A stretch of DNA of 62,412 nucleotides, filler included, from an uncultured Planctomycetales bacterium (GCA_964487475.1; 5 parts of 5 records of this genome joined end to end with filler, not necessarily neighbours in it); one strand, 5' to 3'. Positions 51,920 to 62,202 are shown, counted from the first letter of the whole stretch. Notes: generated by a model not told the origin, from the sequence alone. A program made the numbers and translations.

Positions 51920-52996
51920 CTAGCTCTTCTTTATCGCATCGAGGATCACTTGTTTGAACAAAGGATAATTTGCCTGGACGCTGAACCTCTCCTCCACGGT
52001 CTTCCTGGCCGCCAGGGAGATCTTACTGCGCTCCTGCGGGTCCTCTATCAGCCGGGAAAGGTACTCCACCCATTCTTGGGTGGTCGACGCCAGAAAGCCG
52101 TTCTCTCCGTGGCGGATCACTTCGTTGATGACGCCAACGGGTGAAGCGACGGAGGGGATCCCCAGGCCCATATACAGGATGGCTTTGAACGCGCATTTGC
52201 CCCGGGTCCAGAGCGTATCCGGCATGGGCATGACCCCGGCGTCGAATCCGCGCAGCTCCTCCAATTCCGTGGAAAGCTTCCAGAGGGTTGAGGTAAGCGC
52301 GGGAAGGCCGGCAACGGAGTAATCGCCGCCTACGATCCTGACCCTGACCTGAGGGTAGCGCCGGCAGACCTCGCGCAGGGCATCCTCTATCGTGCGCAGG
52401 AACTCAAGGGTGGTGATGCTGCCGATCCAGCCGATGGTGAATTCCTTGCGTATGCGCGCAGGCGCCGGCTTGTAGGCAGCGCAATCGATGGAGGTCGCAA
52501 TGACGGTGGTGCGGGGATTGAAGAGCCGGGCATAGTCCGCGAGATAACGATTGCCCGCGATCACCCGGGCGCTCAAGGATATGATGCGGCCGGTTTTTCC
52601 CGAATCCTTCAGTTTGTCCGCAAAACGGTTCGAGGGGCTCACCGCCGGAAGGAAGATCGCATCGTCGAAGTCGAAGACCAGCGGAACCTTCATTGCGGAT
52701 GCCAGCCGCTCGAAAAGCGCCCCTCCTACCGGGAACGCCTCCCGGTGCACCACTATCGCGTCGTAGCGCGCAAGGGTAACGGTATCCATGATGCGGCGCA
52801 GGGCCCCCCGGAGGAAATACCAGGTTTTGCGCAAATACCGGCCTTTCTGATAAAGTATGCGGTACGCCCGGCTGGTCCAGAACGGACGGACCACGCAGCG
52901 TATTCCTTCCTTTTCCAGCAGGGGCAGGTATTGCTCGATCCTGTACCGGTTGCTGGCCCCTTCGGTAGGATACGGCACCCAGAAAAGTACTTTCAT
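51920..52996 (-). CDS. GT4 glycosyltransferase
   Basis: ASNRYR, FDFDDAIF, IGWIGS, GKCAFK..YM..G.P.VASPVG; start at MKVLF from ATGA overlap. Confidence 0.9.
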   Translation of the reverse strand: MKVLFWVPYPTEGASNRYRIEQYLPLLEKEGIRCVVRPFWTSRAYRILYQKGRYLRKTWYFLRGALRRIMDTVTLARYDAIVVHREAFPVGGALFERLASAMKVPLVFDFDDAIFLPAVSPSNRFADKLKDSGKTGRIISLSARVIAGNRYLADYARLFNPRTTVIATSIDCAAYKPAPARIRKEFTIGWIGSITTLEFLRTIEDALREVCRRYPQVRVRIVGGDYSVAGLPALTSTLWKLSTELEELRGFDAGVMPMPDTLWTRGKCAFKAILYMGLGIPSVASPVGVINEVIRHGENGFLASTTQEWVEYLSRLIEDPQERSKISLAARKTVEERFSVQANYPLFKQVILDAIKKS

Positions 52997-54183
52997 AAGG
53001 CACCTGCCCGTTGGTAAAGTGCGCGGATGCGGTTGCATCCTTCATCCAGCGAGAAATATTTGCGCGCCGCCTGATGGCAGCGTTGCGCGAGCGGTCCCGG
53101 TTCCTCGAGGAGTCTCTTTAAGGAGGCGAGCGCTTCAGTGAAAGCCGCCCCGGTGCACTCCGGCAGGGACACTCCGGTGCGGGTATCCAGGAGGATACTG
53201 TCCGTGTCCCCTACTCCTGCGGTAGCCACCACCGGGATCCCGCAGGCAAGGTATTCCCCGATCTTCGTCGGCGCGCATCCTTTGCGGGAGAATCCCGGGG
53301 TGTAGAAGGAAAGCCCGGCATCGGCGCTTCTGATAAGCTCCGGGATCATCGCCCGGGTAAGCGGGGTGACCACCCGGATCCCTTTTTCCTCAAGACCTTT
53401 TTCCGCCAGCATATTCTTGAAATGGGAGGCTTCCTGCGTGACCACCAGCAGTTCCGTGGCCAGCCCGGTTTTTTCCGCCGCACGGAAGAACGCGACCATT
53501 TCTTCGGGCAGGTACCAGGTGCTCAAGGATCCCACGTAGATGAAACGTTTGGTGCGCGGGCGGGTCCCGGACGCCGGAGCAAATCGGGCTAAATCAACGC
53601 AGGTGGGGATGACGCTGATGCGCGCCGCAGCATCCCGCAGGTGCGGTGATCCGGCAAGCTCCCGGCGTGCCGCTTCCGTCAACGCGATGATCTCCCCGGC
53701 CTCTTTAAGCAGCATTTTTTCGAGTTTTTTTGCCGCGCGGAAGATCACCCCGTTCTTTTTCCACATCCCCGCCTCGACACGTTCATCCGCCCAGAATCCG
53801 CGCATGTCGAAGATGAACGGCACTCCCCGGGTTTTTTTCAGGAGCAATCCGATACTTCCGGCGATGTATCCCCGGCAATGGGATATCCTGAAAGGCGTTT
53901 TGGCGTGAAGCGCCGCCGCCGCGAGATACCCGCGCAGGATATCGAAGAGCGTCGAGAGTACCGGGGGATGTTTGTGGTAAGGCAGCGGTTTCCATTCGAT
54001 CCCCATGGTGTGAAGGGTTTCCTGCAGGCGGGATACTGCCTGGGCGCGGGACTTTTTTTCAAAGGAGATTATCCCGTATTGCGCTCCCCGGGAAACCAGG
54101 GTGTGCAGGTAGGGTAATACCTGGGCCTCTCCCAGGGGATCCGTCAAACCGTCATAGGAAAGATACAGGATGCGCTCACTCAT
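52993..54183 (-). CDS. GT4 glycosyltransferase
   Basis: FDMRGFWADE, IPTCVD, YVGS, PTKIGEYLACGIPVV. Confidence 0.9.
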   Translation of the reverse strand: MSERILYLSYDGLTDPLGEAQVLPYLHTLVSRGAQYGIISFEKKSRAQAVSRLQETLHTMGIEWKPLPYHKHPPVLSTLFDILRGYLAAAALHAKTPFRISHCRGYIAGSIGLLLKKTRGVPFIFDMRGFWADERVEAGMWKKNGVIFRAAKKLEKMLLKEAGEIIALTEAARRELAGSPHLRDAAARISVIPTCVDLARFAPASGTRPRTKRFIYVGSLSTWYLPEEMVAFFRAAEKTGLATELLVVTQEASHFKNMLAEKGLEEKGIRVVTPLTRAMIPELIRSADAGLSFYTPGFSRKGCAPTKIGEYLACGIPVVATAGVGDTDSILLDTRTGVSLPECTGAAFTEALASLKRLLEEPGPLAQRCHQAARKYFSLDEGCNRIRALYQRAGAL

Positions 54184-54688
54184 GGCTCAGTATCCCGCGG
54201 GCAGTGCGCAAAGGCAGCCGCAGGAGAAGATACCCTTTGCAGGTGCGCTGCACATGGAACCCGTTCTTTAAGTAGAACTTGATGGCGCTGCGGTTGCGCG
54301 AGAGCACTTTCAGGGTGATACCCCGGCAGTTTTGGAGCGCCAGGTGCGCCAGGAGCGCCTCCAATGCCCGGGACATGATCCCTTTGCGGGCAAAGGCCGG
54401 CGACCCGAGGATGACATTATAGATATCGGCGTGCCCGTTGCGCAGCTTAAACCCCGCGCACCCGATCTTCCTGTTGCGGTAGAGGATCATGAACATATGG
54501 TTCCCCGCATCCCGGAGGTAAGCGGCGAACCAGCGTTCCTGCTGCGCAGGGGTGATGACCCGGGTATGGAAGAAACTTTCCCGGTACCGGTTCTTCCAGG
54601 TGCGCAGCGCCGGATTATCCTTCCGTTCGATGCTGCAGAGGACCACATCCGGGGACCGGGGATGGCGAAACCGCAGGCGCCGGTTCAT
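54176..54688 (-). CDS. GNAT N-acetyltransferase (PseH-like)
   Basis: LRTWKN...IT..QQ.RWF, RKGIM, V...N..AIKFY.KNGF. Confidence 0.82.
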   Translation of the reverse strand: MNRRLRFRHPRSPDVVLCSIERKDNPALRTWKNRYRESFFHTRVITPAQQERWFAAYLRDAGNHMFMILYRNRKIGCAGFKLRNGHADIYNVILGSPAFARKGIMSRALEALLAHLALQNCRGITLKVLSRNRSAIKFYLKNGFHVQRTCKGYLLLRLPLRTARGILSHE

Positions 54689-56076
54689 TGTTTCGCCTCC
54701 ATCTTTTTCATAAGGTCTGCGGCAGCCTTCTGTCCCATGGCGATACCGATGTGCGCATTGACGTATTGGAAGAGCCCCTGCCTGCCCGTGGTCTCCACCG
54801 CTCCCATTGATTCGAACGCGTTCTGGAGCGTCTCGAGGTGCGTTTCGAAGCCCAACGTGTAGATCGGGTAGGCGTGCGAGGCGCGGAAGACGTTGACCTC
54901 TTTTACCTGCTCCGGGGTGATGAATCCCTCCTTGCAGAGTTCCCTGACCACGGTATCTCCGCAGGTGCGTTCATCCTTCCACAGGGGATCCCCTACGTTG
55001 CAGGAGATCTCCGCGACCAGGACCGAATGGCCTTGCGGGGTGACTTCGATCCCGAAGTACGAGGAATCGGTGATGCGGTTGAAGACGTGTTCCCGGAAGT
55101 AAAGGATCGCCGCAGGAAGCACCGGGGTTTTGGATATCAGCAGGCCGACGAACACCACCGCCCGGTATTTCAGGCTGCCGGCCGAAGCCAGGACGGATGC
55201 GGGAAAGGCGGGAGTGACCATGCGCACCGCCTCATCGAGGGGAATGGTGCTGATGAGCCCCTGTGCTTCCGTACGCGTTCCCCGCGAATCGGTGACCAGG
55301 AAGGTGCCGCGTTCCGTGCGGGTAATGCTGGTCGCTGCGGAGTTGACCCGGACGGCCCCTCCGGCTGCGGTGATCTGCGCAGCCATCTTCTCCGGTATGG
55401 CGCAAAATCCCCTTTTGCTCGAGTAAAGCGTCCCTTCGACGTTCTCCACGTAATGGTCGGCGTCGGTCTTGGTCTTTCCGGGGAACTTGAGCACCTGGAG
55501 GAATTTGTAAAGCAGCTGCAGGGTGGATACCTGCGGAATGCGCTGGCGGGCGAAACGCGGAGAGAACTGGGATGCGGGTATCCCCCAGACGTGGTAGATG
55601 TAACGCTTGAAAAAAAGCTCGTAGAGCACCTTGCCGTAGCTGTGTATCAGCACCGTCTCCGAGGTTTCAACTTTGGTCTTGCGCACCGCGGCTTTCGCGT
55701 TGAAGTAGAGGAAACTGGCCAGCGCGTGTACTGTGGTATGCGGGGGCAGGTTCCGGATCACGTCATGGATGAGCAGGGGATAGTGGAAATACTTCCCCAG
55801 GAATTTGATCAGGATGGTCCTCTGGATGGGGAAAAGTTCCTCGCCGGCCACGTCAAGCACCGCTTTGAGCACTGCCGGGTCATGGGCATGGAACAGGTGC
55901 GGGCCGTAATCGTATACGTTGCCACGGATCTGCACGCTTCCCCCCAGCCCTCCGACACTCCCTTCCTTTTCCAGGACGGTGACTTTGACGCCCTTACGGA
56001 CAAGCTCAAGCGCTGCCGATAAGCCGGTACAGCCTGCTCCCAGCACGATGACGCTTCTTGGACCGGTGTTTTTCAT
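54685..56076 (-). CDS. FAD-dependent oxidoreductase (protoporphyrinogen oxidase/UDP-galactopyranose mutase-like)
   Basis: GAGCTG, VGGL, DYGPH, AYPIY, GRQGLF.Y; the ORF-track extension to 56526 overlaps the upstream gene. Confidence 0.85.
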   Translation of the reverse strand: MKNTGPRSVIVLGAGCTGLSAALELVRKGVKVTVLEKEGSVGGLGGSVQIRGNVYDYGPHLFHAHDPAVLKAVLDVAGEELFPIQRTILIKFLGKYFHYPLLIHDVIRNLPPHTTVHALASFLYFNAKAAVRKTKVETSETVLIHSYGKVLYELFFKRYIYHVWGIPASQFSPRFARQRIPQVSTLQLLYKFLQVLKFPGKTKTDADHYVENVEGTLYSSKRGFCAIPEKMAAQITAAGGAVRVNSAATSITRTERGTFLVTDSRGTRTEAQGLISTIPLDEAVRMVTPAFPASVLASAGSLKYRAVVFVGLLISKTPVLPAAILYFREHVFNRITDSSYFGIEVTPQGHSVLVAEISCNVGDPLWKDERTCGDTVVRELCKEGFITPEQVKEVNVFRASHAYPIYTLGFETHLETLQNAFESMGAVETTGRQGLFQYVNAHIGIAMGQKAAADLMKKMEAKQ

Positions 56077-56078
56077 CT

Positions 56079-57182
56079 TCACCCTTTGAATTTCAGTATC
56101 TTTTCTATCACGTAGGCCATGTCCTTTTCCGTTAACCCGGGATGGAGCGGGATGTTGAGCGCCGTCTCGTTGAGCAGTTCGCAGTTGGGCAGCTTGGCCG
56201 TGGATCTGTAGATCGGATTCATATGCAGCGGGTGGAAACGCAAGGTGGTGTATACCCCCTGCTCGTAAAGGTAATGCGCCAGTTCGTCCCGCTTGCCGTT
56301 CTTTAAGCGGATGCAGTACGTGAAATAGGAGTGTTGCTCGTGCGCCTCCGGCCCTTTCGGAAGCACCAGCCAATCCGCTTTGGGGAGTTCCTTCTGGTAC
56401 ATCTCCCAGTATTTCCTGCGCAGGGCCTGGTGCTCGTCCAGTTTTTTCAGCTGCGCCAGCCCGATCGAGGCGGCCACGTCGTCGCAGATCATCTTCGGGA
56501 AGTAATCCATGATGGAATACTCCCACCAGCGCTTCTTGGTCGCGGAGGCTTCGAATCCGGACTTGCCGATCCCGCAGTAACGTAAGTGGCTTCCCGTGCG
56601 GTAGAGGTCCTTATTGCGCGCGGTAAGCCCTCCCGCTTCCCCGATGCTTAAGTTCTTTACCGCATCGAAGCTGTATATGCCGATATCCCCGATCGAGCCG
56701 CAATAGCGGTCCCCGATCTTGGAGTCGACGGCATGGGCGGCGTCTTCGATCACGGGGTATCCCAGCGCGGCGATAGGCGCCAGATCCACGGGTTTGCCGG
56801 CGTAATGCACGACCATGATCGCCCCGGTCTTTTTGCTTACGCAGGGGCGCACCGTGTCGACCGTCATGTTATGGGTCGCCAGATCGACGTCGCAGAACAC
56901 CGGCACGCAATCGCATAAGGCAACGGCGTGCGCGCAGGCGATCCAGGTGAAGGAGGGCACGATCACCTCCGTGCCGGGCGCTAAGTTCAGCAGTTTTATG
57001 GCCATGTACAGGCTGTTCGAGCCGCTGTTAAGCAGGAGCAGGAAAGGCAGGCCCAGCCTCTGGGAGAACTCATCTTCGAAGCGCTTGTTCTTCGGCCCGA
57101 TGCCGAGCCACTGGTTATCGATGCTGGTCTTGATCTCGGCAAGCTCTTCCTGGCCGACTTTCGATCCGAACACGGAGATCAT
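56079..57182 (-). CDS. DegT/DnrJ/EryC1/StrS PLP-dependent sugar aminotransferase
   Basis: VHYAG, VIEDAAH, SFDAVKNL...GEAG. Confidence 0.93.
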   Translation of the reverse strand: MISVFGSKVGQEELAEIKTSIDNQWLGIGPKNKRFEDEFSQRLGLPFLLLLNSGSNSLYMAIKLLNLAPGTEVIVPSFTWIACAHAVALCDCVPVFCDVDLATHNMTVDTVRPCVSKKTGAIMVVHYAGKPVDLAPIAALGYPVIEDAAHAVDSKIGDRYCGSIGDIGIYSFDAVKNLSIGEAGGLTARNKDLYRTGSHLRYCGIGKSGFEASATKKRWWEYSIMDYFPKMICDDVAASIGLAQLKKLDEHQALRRKYWEMYQKELPKADWLVLPKGPEAHEQHSYFTYCIRLKNGKRDELAHYLYEQGVYTTLRFHPLHMNPIYRSTAKLPNCELLNETALNIPLHPGLTEKDMAYVIEKILKFKG

Positions 57183-58855
57183 GGCGTATTCCTTTCTGGG
57201 GTTTTTTTGTAGACGAGGATGCGCGGCGCGGTATACGCCGGCCTCGGTGAAAAAATCAGTGATTCCGGGAAGGCGAACTCCCGGTGCAGCGTATATCCCG
57301 GGATCTTGCCTTCCCTCAGGAGGTACAGGAAGGTGTTCCGCAGCGCAGGGGTCACCCTGTGCGGTTCATAGAGGAAATCCCTGCCTGCCGCTACCAGGAA
57401 GTACTTCTCTGCGGGCGGGTGCGCGACCAGGGATGCGGCGAATTCACGCGCCAGTTCCTCGTCCCCTTTGCGGTATAAAGGCATATCCGAAGGGTTTTGG
57501 GAGTTGCGGCCGAGAAAATGTACCTCGTGCGTGCGCAGGATGCGCGATGAGAACAACAGATCCGGCTGCTGCAGGTGCGCGATCCCCTCATCCCTCCCGA
57601 CGTTTTGTTCGATCCAGCGCGTGAGCGCATAACGGGTATCGGCATGCTCGAAGACCCTGTCGGCGCGCAGGGCATAGGCGATCGCGGTGGTGAAAAGCAG
57701 GCATGTCCAGGCGATGGCAAAAGCCCTGATCCCTTTTGCCGCCAGATGCGTCCACACGCGGTGCAGGATAAGTCCGGCGCACAGGGAAAGCGGCGGCAGC
57801 AGATGGATCATGAGCTTGGTGTACGCGCCGTCGAATTTGGTGAAGTAAAATACCGGCATGAGGGCGTATGGCACCAGCGCGAAGAGGAATATTCCCGAAA
57901 AAGGGAGCATTCGTTTCCAGTGGTATAGACAATACAGCGCGGAGGCGATCACCCACACCCCCAGAAGCGGACTGAACACATAGAGTACGTGCGCGCCGTA
58001 GGCGGCGCTTTTTTCCGCGGCGTTGACGAGCAAGGGCGCTGTCACCAGGGAAGGTTCCGCAGCGCTGAAGCCCAAGAGGAGCTTCCCGGAGTAGTCCGTC
58101 AGCGTGCCCCAGATGGTAGGCCACCCCACGGTAAAACCCGCCAGGGCACAGGCGAGGTGCCAGGCAGTGAAGCGAAAGATCGCAACCGCGGGTCTTTTTT
58201 CGCGGTAAAGGAGAAGCATCCAGTACCACGCTCCTGCCGCAGCGTATAAAAACGCGAAGCCTCCGTCCGCCTGGGTCGCGGCCGCTACGCCGGAAACTGC
58301 GGCGGCGATATAGCTGTCCTTTTTTTGGCAGCGCACTATGGAGCGAAAAACGAAATATGCGCTGAGGAGCGTCAAGAGCGCCACCAAAGAGGTGTGTTTG
58401 GCAAAATGACTGACCTCGACCAGTCCGGTGCTTACCGCCAGTATGCCTGCAGCCAGGAGTGCTGGCCTGGGTGCCGGGAAAAGCAGCCTCCCTATCTTGT
58501 AGGTGAGCGCGATGATCCCCAGATCGAGGAGCACGGTAAAAAGCCGCGACCAGATACCGAGCGCGACCGTAAATCCCGGAGCGGTCCGGGCAAGCATTTG
58601 CCAGGAGCCTTTCGCCTGCGCGGCGATACTTTGCAGCGGCACCCCGGATAGCTTCATCACGGCCAGCAGCAGCGCCTGGAAGGCCGCCAGCAGGTAGTTG
58701 TACAGGGGCGGATGCGCCGTATCGACGACCGCGGTCAAGTCCCGTTTTGAGAGGAGCGTCAGGGATTTTGCGGTCTGCTCATCGACGTTCCACCGGTCGG
58801 GAAGCCCCCACCCTATCCCCTGCACTGCCAGCCAGGCGTGGATGCTAAGGATGCA
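57179..58855 (-). CDS. GT-C membrane glycosyltransferase (5'-truncated)
   Basis: WGLP...NVDE, HPPLY, SH.AK; multiple TM helices; frame open to the gap. Confidence 0.78.
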   Translation of the reverse strand, partial: CILSIHAWLAVQGIGWGLPDRWNVDEQTAKSLTLLSKRDLTAVVDTAHPPLYNYLLAAFQALLLAVMKLSGVPLQSIAAQAKGSWQMLARTAPGFTVALGIWSRLFTVLLDLGIIALTYKIGRLLFPAPRPALLAAGILAVSTGLVEVSHFAKHTSLVALLTLLSAYFVFRSIVRCQKKDSYIAAAVSGVAAATQADGGFAFLYAAAGAWYWMLLLYREKRPAVAIFRFTAWHLACALAGFTVGWPTIWGTLTDYSGKLLLGFSAAEPSLVTAPLLVNAAEKSAAYGAHVLYVFSPLLGVWVIASALYCLYHWKRMLPFSGIFLFALVPYALMPVFYFTKFDGAYTKLMIHLLPPLSLCAGLILHRVWTHLAAKGIRAFAIAWTCLLFTTAIAYALRADRVFEHADTRYALTRWIEQNVGRDEGIAHLQQPDLLFSSRILRTHEVHFLGRNSQNPSDMPLYRKGDEELAREFAASLVAHPPAEKYFLVAAGRDFLYEPHRVTPALRNTFLYLLREGKIPGYTLHREFAFPESLIFSPRPAYTAPRILVYKKTPERNTP

Positions 58856-58955
58856 NNNNNNNNNNNNNNNNNNNNNNNNNNNNNNNNNNNNNNNNNNNNT
58901 TAATTAATTAANNNNNNNNNNNNNNNNNNNNNNNNNNNNNNNNNNNNNNNNNNNN
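58856..58955. other. Artificial contig spacer
   Basis: N44-TTAATTAATTAA-N44. Confidence 0.99.
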
Positions 58956-58956
58956 G

Positions 58957-59601
58957 GACGGGATCACCCAGATACACGTCAAGCCGGAGATCGGGCTGGA
59001 TTTCGCTTCGGGGCTGCGTTCCCTGCTGCGGCAGAGCCCGGACGTCATCATGATCGGCGAGATCCGCGACGGCGTCACCGCGGACATCGCGGTCAAGGCG
59101 GCCCTGACCGGACAGCTGGTGCTCTCCACCTTGCACACCAACGACGCCATTTCCAGTATCACCCGCCTCTGCGACATGGGCCTCGAGCCGTTCCTGGTCG
59201 CTTCCAGCCTGGTGATGCTCTGCGCCCAGCGCCTCTGCCGCCGCCTTTGCGCCAAGTGCAAGCGGCCCATCGACGTGCCGGAGGAGTACCTTAAGGAGAT
59301 CGAGTTCGACCCGTACCGCATCGATGCCGACGGTAAAAAGCAGCGCGTGGTTTTTTATGCCGCGCCCGGCTGTTCTTATTGCAACAACACCGGATTTCAT
59401 GGTAGAATAGCAATCCTTGAAGCCATCCTGATCGATGATTCGCTGCGCGAAATGATCATGAAAAAGAAATCGATCGATGAGCTCAAGAACTACGCGATCA
59501 ATACGTGCAAGATGAAGATCCTGCGCGACGATGCGTACATCAAGGTGCGGGACGGCCTGACCACCATAGACGAGGCGATCCGCGTCACCACCGAGGAATA
59601 A
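58957..59601 (+). CDS. pilB: PilB/GspE type IV pilus or T2SS assembly ATPase, C-terminal part
   Basis: GITQ..V....[55 protein letters not shown]. Confidence 0.93.
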   Translation, partial: DGITQIHVKPEIGLDFASGLRSLLRQSPDVIMIGEIRDGVTADIAVKAALTGQLVLSTLHTNDAISSITRLCDMGLEPFLVASSLVMLCAQRLCRRLCAKCKRPIDVPEEYLKEIEFDPYRIDADGKKQRVVFYAAPGCSYCNNTGFHGRIAILEAILIDDSLREMIMKKKSIDELKNYAINTCKMKILRDDAYIKVRDGLTTIDEAIRVTTEE

Positions 59602-59602
59602 G

Positions 59603-60673
59603 ATGCCCGAAAGCAAACGCATACTGCTGCTGGTAGATAACGAGGATATCTCCCGTTACCTGCGCGAAGAGCTGATCATCAACGGGGGATATGAGGTCAC
59701 CTTCGAGTCTTCCGTGCAGGGCTCCCTGGACGCGCTGCGCCGCGACGCCTATGACCTGGTGATCTGCCAGTTCGGGGTGGGGGAGACGGACGGCCCGAGC
59801 ATCATCCGCGGGTACAAAAAGGTCGATAACGACTGCGTCATCATCGCCTTCCTGGAAAGGGAGACCCCCGAGCTGCTGCAGGGGATCGTGGAGCTGGGCG
59901 TCTATGATTTCATCAGCAAGCCGATCAATCTGGAAAAGCTTTTTTTCCTGGTCAAGAAAGGGATCGAGCTGCATACGCTGATCCTTTCCCAGCGCAAGCT
60001 CCTGGCCAGCTTCCAGGAGCAGAACGTCTCCCTGCAGAAACAGAACGGCCTGCTGGTCAAGCGCATCGAGGAGTCCACCAAGAACCTTACCCGCCTTTAC
60101 GAGGACCTGCGTTCGAATTACATGCGCACCATCAGGGTGCTGGCGCAGGCGATCGAAGCCCGGGATACCTATACCCACAGCCATTCCGAGAACGTGGCCA
60201 GGTACGCCGTCTCCATCGCGGAAGAGATGCATCTTTCCGCCAAGGAGGTGGAGAACCTGCGCGAGGCCTGCGAGCTGCACGACTTGGGCAAGATCGGCAT
60301 CCCCGACAGCATCCTCACCAAGCCGGCGGGCCTGACCAACGAGGAGTGGGTGCAGATGAAGCGCCATCCGGAGATCGCCGCACAGATCCTGGAGCCTTTG
60401 ACCTTCTTAAGCGGGGTGATCGAGGTCGTGCGCCAGCACCACGAGCATTTCGACGGCTCGGGGTATCCGGAAGGCCGCAAGCACGAGGATATCCTTACCG
60501 GCGCGCGCATCCTGCACGTGGCCGATGCGTATGACGCCATGACCTCCGCCCGTTCCTACAGGAAGAATCCGCTCTCCAAGGCGGAAGCGGTAGGGGAGGT
60601 CAGGAAGTTCTCCGGTACCCAGTTCGACCCCAAAGTTGTCGAAGCGTTCATGCGGGTGGTCGATAACTTCTAA
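59603..60673 (+). CDS. Receiver-like plus HD-GYP cyclic dinucleotide phosphodiesterase
   Basis: REC fold (YDLVI, DFISKP), coiled coil, HSENVA, LHDLGK, HHEHFDGSGYP, ADAYDAMTS.RSYR. Confidence 0.92.
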   Translation: MPESKRILLLVDNEDISRYLREELIINGGYEVTFESSVQGSLDALRRDAYDLVICQFGVGETDGPSIIRGYKKVDNDCVIIAFLERETPELLQGIVELGVYDFISKPINLEKLFFLVKKGIELHTLILSQRKLLASFQEQNVSLQKQNGLLVKRIEESTKNLTRLYEDLRSNYMRTIRVLAQAIEARDTYTHSHSENVARYAVSIAEEMHLSAKEVENLREACELHDLGKIGIPDSILTKPAGLTNEEWVQMKRHPEIAAQILEPLTFLSGVIEVVRQHHEHFDGSGYPEGRKHEDILTGARILHVADAYDAMTSARSYRKNPLSKAEAVGEVRKFSGTQFDPKVVEAFMRVVDNF

Positions 60674-60681
60674 CAGAGACT

Positions 60682-61896
60682 ATGCCGACATTCCAATACA
60701 TCGCGAAGGACAGGACCGGGCATGCGCTGACCGGCACGGTAGAGGGTGCGAGCGATACCGAAGCGGCGGAGCTCCTGCATAACAAGGAACTGATCGTCAT
60801 CTCCATCACCCAGAGCACCAAGAAGGAGAAGGCCAAGGCCAAAGGGGTGAAGGGGGGCAAGGTCAAGCTCGACGACCTGGTGGTGTTCTCCCGGCAGCTG
60901 GCCACCATGATCGACGCCGGTATCCCCCTGGTGCAGGCCTTAGGTATCCTGGGGGAGCAGATCGAGAACCTGACCCTGCGCAACATCGTCAACACCGTGC
61001 GGCAGGATATCGAAGCGGGTATGAGCTTCTGCGACGCGTTGGCCAAACACAACAGCGTCTTCTCCGACCTGTTCATCAATATGACCCGCGCGGGCGAAGC
61101 CTCCGGTATGCTCGACGACGTGCTCGACCGGCTGGCCGGGTATCTGGAGAAAAGCGCCGCCCTGCAGCGCAAGGTCAAATCCAGCATGGTCTATCCCGCG
61201 GTGGTCGTTTCCATGGCGTTCATCATCACGGTCTTTCTCATGGTCAAGGTGGTGCCGACCTTCAAGGGCATCTTCGATTCCCTGGGCGGGCAGCTGCCTT
61301 TGCCGACCCTGATCCTGATCACCATCAGCGATTTCATGACCCGCTTTTTCCTGGTCGGGGTGGCCATGCTCGTGGTGGGGATCATCTTCCTCAAAAAGTA
61401 TATCGCCACCCCCAAGGGCCGCTATCAGTTCGACAAGTACCAGCTCAAGGTGCCGGTTTTGGGAGAGCTGATGACCAAGGTGGGCATCGCCAAATTCTCG
61501 CGCACCTTCTCCACCCTGATCAAATCCGGCGTTTCCGTACTGAACGCCCTGGACATCGTGGCCAAGACCTCCGGAAACAAGCTGGTGGAGGAGGCGATCA
61601 ACAACGCCCGCACCGCGGTCAAGGAAGGCGAGCCGATCGCCCGGCCCCTGGCCAAGAGCGGGGTGTTCCCTCCCATGGTCTGCCGTATGATCGGGGTAGG
61701 GGAGCAGACCGGCCAGCTGGAGAAGATGCTTTCCAAGATCGCGGACTTCTATGACGAGCAGGTGGACGCGGCGGTTTCCGCCCTGACCAGTCTGATGGAG
61801 CCCATGATCATCGCGGTCTTAGGGGTGGTCATCGGAGGCATCGTCATCGCGCTCTTTCTCCCGATCTTTAAGATGACGCAGCTGATCTCGGGATAA
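60682..61896 (+). CDS. pilC: PilC/GspF platform protein
   Basis: FSRQLATMIDAGIPL, AGEASG.L, YPAVV, GEQTGQL..ML, EP..I...LPIF. Confidence 0.95.
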   Translation: MPTFQYIAKDRTGHALTGTVEGASDTEAAELLHNKELIVISITQSTKKEKAKAKGVKGGKVKLDDLVVFSRQLATMIDAGIPLVQALGILGEQIENLTLRNIVNTVRQDIEAGMSFCDALAKHNSVFSDLFINMTRAGEASGMLDDVLDRLAGYLEKSAALQRKVKSSMVYPAVVVSMAFIITVFLMVKVVPTFKGIFDSLGGQLPLPTLILITISDFMTRFFLVGVAMLVVGIIFLKKYIATPKGRYQFDKYQLKVPVLGELMTKVGIAKFSRTFSTLIKSGVSVLNALDIVAKTSGNKLVEEAINNARTAVKEGEPIARPLAKSGVFPPMVCRMIGVGEQTGQLEKMLSKIADFYDEQVDAAVSALTSLMEPMIIAVLGVVIGGIVIALFLPIFKMTQLISG

Positions 61897-61962
61897 TATT
61901 TTCCCCGCGCGCGGATGCGGAGAATAATTCTCCGACGGAGAAATCCGGGAAAAAGCGCCGCG

Positions 61963-62012
61963 AAAAAAAGATCAAAAAAAATCTTGACAACTCGAGTGAT
62001 GTTTGGTATATT
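61963..62012 (+). promoter_or_regulatory. Strong sigma70 promoter of the rRNA operon with A-tract UP element
   Basis: TTGACA (61984)-N17-TATATT (62007), preceded by A-tracts. Confidence 0.8.
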
Positions 62013-62137
62013 TTGTAAACCTTGAATGAACGTTGTTCTGTGTGAGTTCAGTAAAACCTCAGAGTGATTACACATTCCGTTTCGGCAGAGACGATTCTGT
62101 AGTAATACTCCCGACTAAGGCGCTGACGGCTTTTCGA

Positions 62138-62170
62138 TAAAGCGTCCCAGAAGTTCGGGGACGCTTTTTT
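62138..62170 (+). terminator. Terminator-like hairpin within the rRNA leader
   Basis: AAAGCGTCCC...GGGACGCTTT stem running into a T6 tract. Confidence 0.55.
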
Positions 62171-62202
62171 GTTGCCTCTGGGGAAAGGTTGTTGCAGCAC
62201 AA

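Noticed and set aside
56077..56526. 150-aa N-terminal extension of the FAD oxidoreductase in the ORF track
   Set aside because: It overlaps the DegT gene in another frame, and the GxGxxG motif lies right after Met at 56076.
16969..58955. Four identical TTAATTAATTAA palindromes flanked by N runs
   Set aside because: Artificial six-frame-stop contig spacers. ORF ends in XXX-LIN and gene adjacency across them are not biological.
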